This document shows positions 16,334-20,000 of a stretch of 20,000 nt of DNA, in pieces. The notes beneath the pieces were generated by a model, which worked only from the letters and a program-made list of their open reading frames with translations, did no database searches and was not told where the DNA came from. The stretch is from an uncultured delta proteobacterium. GTDB taxonomy: Bacteria; Myxococcota; Myxococcia; Myxococcales; 40CM-4-68-19. Within the stretch, counting starts at the first letter, position 1. The number at the start of each line of letters is the position of its first letter. The position numbers were made by a program, and so were the translations under genes. The stretch lies in assembly GCA_903911145.1 (NCBI GenBank), contig CAIWCD010000001.1, forward strand, positions 115,376 through 135,375, given 5' to 3'.

Positions 16334-18604
16334 ATGCGACGAATCCGCCCTGCCCTGCTGCTCGCGCTCGTTCCCTGCGCCCTCTCCGCCTGCATCACCG
16401 GCACGCGCCCGCTCTATACCGAACGCCATGCGGTCTCCTCTCTGCCGCCACCACCGCCGCACTCGACGCCGAGGCTGCCGGTTCATCTCCGCCCCGCTGC
16501 TCCTGCGCCGCTGGTGATGGTGAGGCCGCCGGAGAGCGCGAACGGTCGCTTCCTGCGCGAGATCACAACCGCGCGCGACGCCTCGATCGCGACACTGGTG
16601 AAGAAGTTCGGCGAGCCTGAGCGCGCACGCATCGAGCGCGGCGTTGGCCAGACGGCGATGTTCTGGCGCACGCTGGACGGCTCGGCCGGGGCGTTCAGCG
16701 AGTTCGTTGAGAGCTGGTACGCGAAGAGCGGCGCAGATGAAGACGCGCTGCTCTCGCGCTTCTCGAAGGCGAGCGAGCAGCTCGACGGACACATGCTCGA
16801 GATCGGGCGCGCGTTGCGCAGCTGGAGTGAGCTCGAGTTAGGGCCGCAGATGCCGGTCGATGAGCTCTTCGCCGCCTACGACGCGAGCGCGCACGTCACC
16901 GAGGATTTCTTCGCCAACAAGCTGGCCTTCGTCGCGCTGCTGAATTTTCCGCTCGTGACGCTGGATGAGATGGAGGCGCACGGAAAGGATTGGACGCGCA
17001 AGCAGTGGGCCGAGGCCCGCCTCGCGCGCCGCTTCGCGCTGCGTCCCACGGGTGCCGCGCAGACCGCGCGCGCCAAGGCGAGCGCCGAGGCCGAAGCGTA
17101 TATCGCCGGCGACAATCTCTGGATGCACCACCTCCTCGGCGAGGGCGGCAAGCGTCTCTTCGCCAAGAACGTGCGGCTCATCTCGCACTGGAATCTGCGC
17201 GATCAGATCAAGGCGGAATATGCCGATCCGAAGGACGGTCTCGCGCGCCAGCGGCTGATCCTCGCGGCGATGAATCGGATCGTCACGCAGTCGATTCCGC
17301 AGAGCGTGATCGACGATCCGCGCGTCGACTGGGATCCGGTCGCGAACACCGTCGCGCTCGCTCCCGCAGAGGAAACCGAGACGCCCTCTGCATCGCAAGG
17401 CAAGCGCGCTGCCGTCGCGACTGCGTCCGCGTCTCCCGAGCCGGACACGCGCTACGAAATGCTGCTTGGCACATTCAAGGCGGCCAAGGAGAGCGATCTC
17501 GATTCACCGCTCGCAGCCACCGAGATCGATCGCCGCTTCCAGCTCGACAGCGAATTGCCTGAGCAGCGCGTGGTGCAGCTGTTCGAGCAGATCCTCGGCT
17601 CGCCCGTCGTCGCGCGCGTCGCGAAGCTGATCGAGAAGCGGCTCGGCCGTCCGCTCGAGCCGCACGACATCTGGTATTCGGGATTTCTCGCCCGCGCGAA
17701 ATATACGGAAGAGGATCTCAATAAGCTCACGCGCGCGCGATATCCCGATGCGGCGGCATATAAGAAGGATATCCCGCGCCTCTTGAAGGCTCTCGGGTTC
17801 GCGGCGGATAAGGCCGCTTATCTCGATTCCCACATCGTCGTCGATCCCGCGCGCGGTGCAGGTCACGCGCTCGAGGCCGCTCGCCGCGACAATCTGCTTC
17901 CCTCGTGGGGCGCGGGCGACAATCCGCACCTGCGCACGCGGATTAATCCCGGAGGTATGGATTACAAGGGCTACAACATCGCCGTCCACGAGATGGGCCA
18001 CAACGTCGAGCAGACGTTTTCTCTATATAACGTCGATTACACGTTGCTATCGGGCGTCCCTGGCACGAGCTTCACCGAAGCGCTCGCGTTCACGTTCCAG
18101 AATCGCGATCTCGAGCTGCTCGGACTCGCCAAGCCCGACGCGAAGAGCGAGCAGCTGCGCGTATTGAACGACTTCTGGGCGACATATGAAATCGCCGGCG
18201 TCGCGCTCGTCGATCTCGCGGTGTGGCACTGGATGTATGCGCATCCGACCGCGACGCCGGCAGAGCTGCGCGATGCGACGGTGCAGATCGCGCGCGCGAT
18301 GTGGAACAAGTGGTACGCGCCGATTCTCGGAGGGAAGGACTCAGCCCAGCTCGGCATCTACTCGCACATGATTTCGAGCTTCCTCTACCTGCCGAACTAT
18401 CCGCTCGGGCACCTGATCGCGTTCCAGCTCGAGGGGAAGTTGAAGGGCAAGACGAGCGGCGCGGAGTTCGAGCGGGTCGCGAAGTTCGGCCACGAGTCGC
18501 CGGACCTCTGGATGGAGAATGCGACGGGCAAGCCAGTCGTGGCCGAGCCGCTTCTCGAGGCGGCGACCGCGGCGATCGAGGAGGAAGAGAAGCTCGCGAA
18601 GTAG
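16334..18604 (+). CDS. Lipoprotein, putative gluzincin (M3/M32-like) zinc metallopeptidase
   Basis: GAGGA RBS; lipobox ALSA-C; HEMGH at 17987-18001 plus downstream FTEALAF glutamate; C-terminal H..S..LY..NYPLG motif. Confidence 0.75.
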   Translation: MRRIRPALLLALVPCALSACITGTRPLYTERHAVSSLPPPPPHSTPRLPVHLRPAAPAPLVMVRPPESANGRFLREITTARDASIATLVKKFGEPERARIERGVGQTAMFWRTLDGSAGAFSEFVESWYAKSGADEDALLSRFSKASEQLDGHMLEIGRALRSWSELELGPQMPVDELFAAYDASAHVTEDFFANKLAFVALLNFPLVTLDEMEAHGKDWTRKQWAEARLARRFALRPTGAAQTARAKASAEAEAYIAGDNLWMHHLLGEGGKRLFAKNVRLISHWNLRDQIKAEYADPKDGLARQRLILAAMNRIVTQSIPQSVIDDPRVDWDPVANTVALAPAEETETPSASQGKRAAVATASASPEPDTRYEMLLGTFKAAKESDLDSPLAATEIDRRFQLDSELPEQRVVQLFEQILGSPVVARVAKLIEKRLGRPLEPHDIWYSGFLARAKYTEEDLNKLTRARYPDAAAYKKDIPRLLKALGFAADKAAYLDSHIVVDPARGAGHALEAARRDNLLPSWGAGDNPHLRTRINPGGMDYKGYNIAVHEMGHNVEQTFSLYNVDYTLLSGVPGTSFTEALAFTFQNRDLELLGLAKPDAKSEQLRVLNDFWATYEIAGVALVDLAVWHWMYAHPTATPAELRDATVQIARAMWNKWYAPILGGKDSAQLGIYSHMISSFLYLPNYPLGHLIAFQLEGKLKGKTSGAEFERVAKFGHESPDLWMENATGKPVVAEPLLEAATAAIEEEEKLAK

Positions 18605-18714
18605 CGCGGGCGCGGGAGCAGCGCGCTCCGTTCGAGTGAGTTCGCGAGAGAATCGATCGGTTGCTCCTCGAGAGTCCGCGATTCGAGAAGCTCAAGTTCG
18701 AGTCGGGGAATTCG

Positions 18715-18756
18715 CGAGGCGATCGGGCAGCAGGCCTGGTCGCCTCGTTTCTTTTT
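18715..18756 (+). terminator. Rho-independent terminator
   Basis: CGAGGCGATCGGGC-AGCAG-GCCTGGTCGCCTCG (14-bp stem, two G-U pairs) followed by TTTCTTTTT. Confidence 0.75.
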
Positions 18757-18842
18757 CACTCGAGAAGAAATAAATCGACATCGACGCGCCAAGGTTTTTC
18801 GCGGTGTGAGCACCAAGGGGTTTGAAGGGCGCGGAGGCAGCC

Positions 18843-19523
18843 ATGGAGTGCAGCGAAGCAGAGGTGCTCATCGGGATGAAGCAGCACGGAGCGCTCTCTG
18901 CGGAGCTGGCCGTGGCGCTCGACGAGCATCTCGCGAGCTGCACGAACTGCCGCGCGTTCGGCGACGCAACCCGATCGATGGAGACGGAAATGATCTCGAG
19001 CTCGAACAGCGCAGCCCGATCGCTGAATGTCGATGAGCTGACTGCGCAGGTTCGGCTTCACGCCAACGAGACCCGAGTCATTGTCCTGCGGGGCGTCGCC
19101 GGACTCTTCGGAGTCTTTCTCGTGCAGCAGATTCTCGGACACGGCTCGGGCGCGCAGCGGTGGATCAACGCCGTCGCGCTCGCCATCGGAGGGGGCGCGG
19201 TGCTGCTCGGGCTGTTCCCGAAGCGGCGCAAGGCGCTCGAGACCGTGCTGAAGCTGCGCACGCACGAGGAGCTGCTCGCGCATCTTCAACGCGAAGCGGA
19301 CGAGAAGATCCGCGCGCGCCGCCTTTCCGCAATCTTTGGCGTCTATGCGCTGCCGATCTACATCGGCATCAAGATGGCAGCACGCTTGGTGAGCCCGGAA
19401 CGATTGCATCACAACCAGTCGTTGTTTCTGCTTCCCGCATTCGTCGTCTGCGCGTTTTTCGGCCTCTACGAACTCGTCATTTCCGTTCCGCGCCTGCGCC
19501 GTGAACGCGCTGGCTTGCAGTAA
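18843..19523 (+). CDS. zf-HC2 (ZAS) domain membrane protein, putative anti-sigma factor
   Basis: GGAGG RBS; MEC...GALSAE...LDEHLASCTNC (HxxxCxxC); about four hydrophobic segments. Confidence 0.8.
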   Translation: MECSEAEVLIGMKQHGALSAELAVALDEHLASCTNCRAFGDATRSMETEMISSSNSAARSLNVDELTAQVRLHANETRVIVLRGVAGLFGVFLVQQILGHGSGAQRWINAVALAIGGGAVLLGLFPKRRKALETVLKLRTHEELLAHLQREADEKIRARRLSAIFGVYALPIYIGIKMAARLVSPERLHHNQSLFLLPAFVVCAFFGLYELVISVPRLRRERAGLQ

Positions 19524-19551
19524 CGCTCCGCACTCTCTCGCGAGACATGCC

Positions 19552-20000
19552 TTGGCCCCGCTCACGACAGAACGCGAAGCCGAGCTGCTCGCGCTCTTGC
19601 GTGGCGGGCGCTCTGCGCGCGAGGCGGCCTTCGCGGAGATCGTCCGTGCGCTGCACCGGCCGCTCGCGGCGCTCTGTCTGCACATCACGGGGACGAAGAG
19701 CGATGCCGAGGATGCGCTGCAAGAGACGCTGCTCGGCCTCCATCAAGCACTTCCGGCGTTTCGCGGAGAGGCCCGCCTGCTCACGCTCGCACATCGGGTC
19801 GCGCTGCGGGCTTCGTTTCGCCTGAAGGCCTCGCGCCCGCGCAGTCCAGCGACTCTCGAGAACGCGCAGCACGTCGCTCACACTGGCGCGCCGCTCGATG
19901 AGCAGGCCGCTGCCCGCCAGACGGCCTCCCGCATGATCGCGGCGATGGACAAGCTCTCGGCGGACGACCGCGCCGTCATCGCGCTCTTCGCGATCGAGGG
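19552..20000 (+). CDS. ECF RNA polymerase sigma factor (3' truncated by window; absent from ORF track)
   Basis: My translation from TTG 19552: MAPLTTEREAELLALLRGG...EAAFAEIVRALHRPLAALCLHITGTKSDAEDALQETLLGLHQALPAFRGEARLLTLAHRVA...AMDKLSADDRAVIALFAIEG (sigma regions 2 and 4). Confidence 0.9.
   Translation, partial: MAPLTTEREAELLALLRGGRSAREAAFAEIVRALHRPLAALCLHITGTKSDAEDALQETLLGLHQALPAFRGEARLLTLAHRVALRASFRLKASRPRSPATLENAQHVAHTGAPLDEQAAARQTASRMIAAMDKLSADDRAVIALFAIE

Noticed and set aside
18630..18718. Degenerate repeat GTTCGAGT...TTCGCGAG (18630 and 18696)
   Set aside because: Short, variably spaced and built from words common in this sequence.
19547..19825. 92-aa ORF from ATG 19547
   Set aside because: Wrong frame; the ECF sigma is in the frame starting at TTG 19552.

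Overview
High-GC bacterial window; gene content and style suggest Myxococcota/Deltaproteobacteria (inference). Core content: (i) minus-strand cluster of a DsbD-type protein, a small lipoprotein, an OEP/TolC-like secreted protein and an Ig/lamin-tail lipoprotein, the last two behind a candidate sigma54 promoter; (ii) an ISC Fe-S cluster iscS // iscU-iscA-hscB-hscA-fdx with no iscR or iscX in the window; (iii) a LURP-one-like gene, moeA and tRNA-Leu(CAG); (iv) a TPR protein and an HEXXH lipoprotein followed by a terminator; (v) a zf-HC2 anti-sigma factor and a truncated ECF sigma factor. Most notable: iscS and iscU are separated by a ~2.2 kb three-gene cargo bracketed by two inverted, ~94% identical 106-bp palindromic elements that show a compensatory base-pair change. 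Both halves of the split operon carry a matching 25-bp IscR/Rrf2-like operator.
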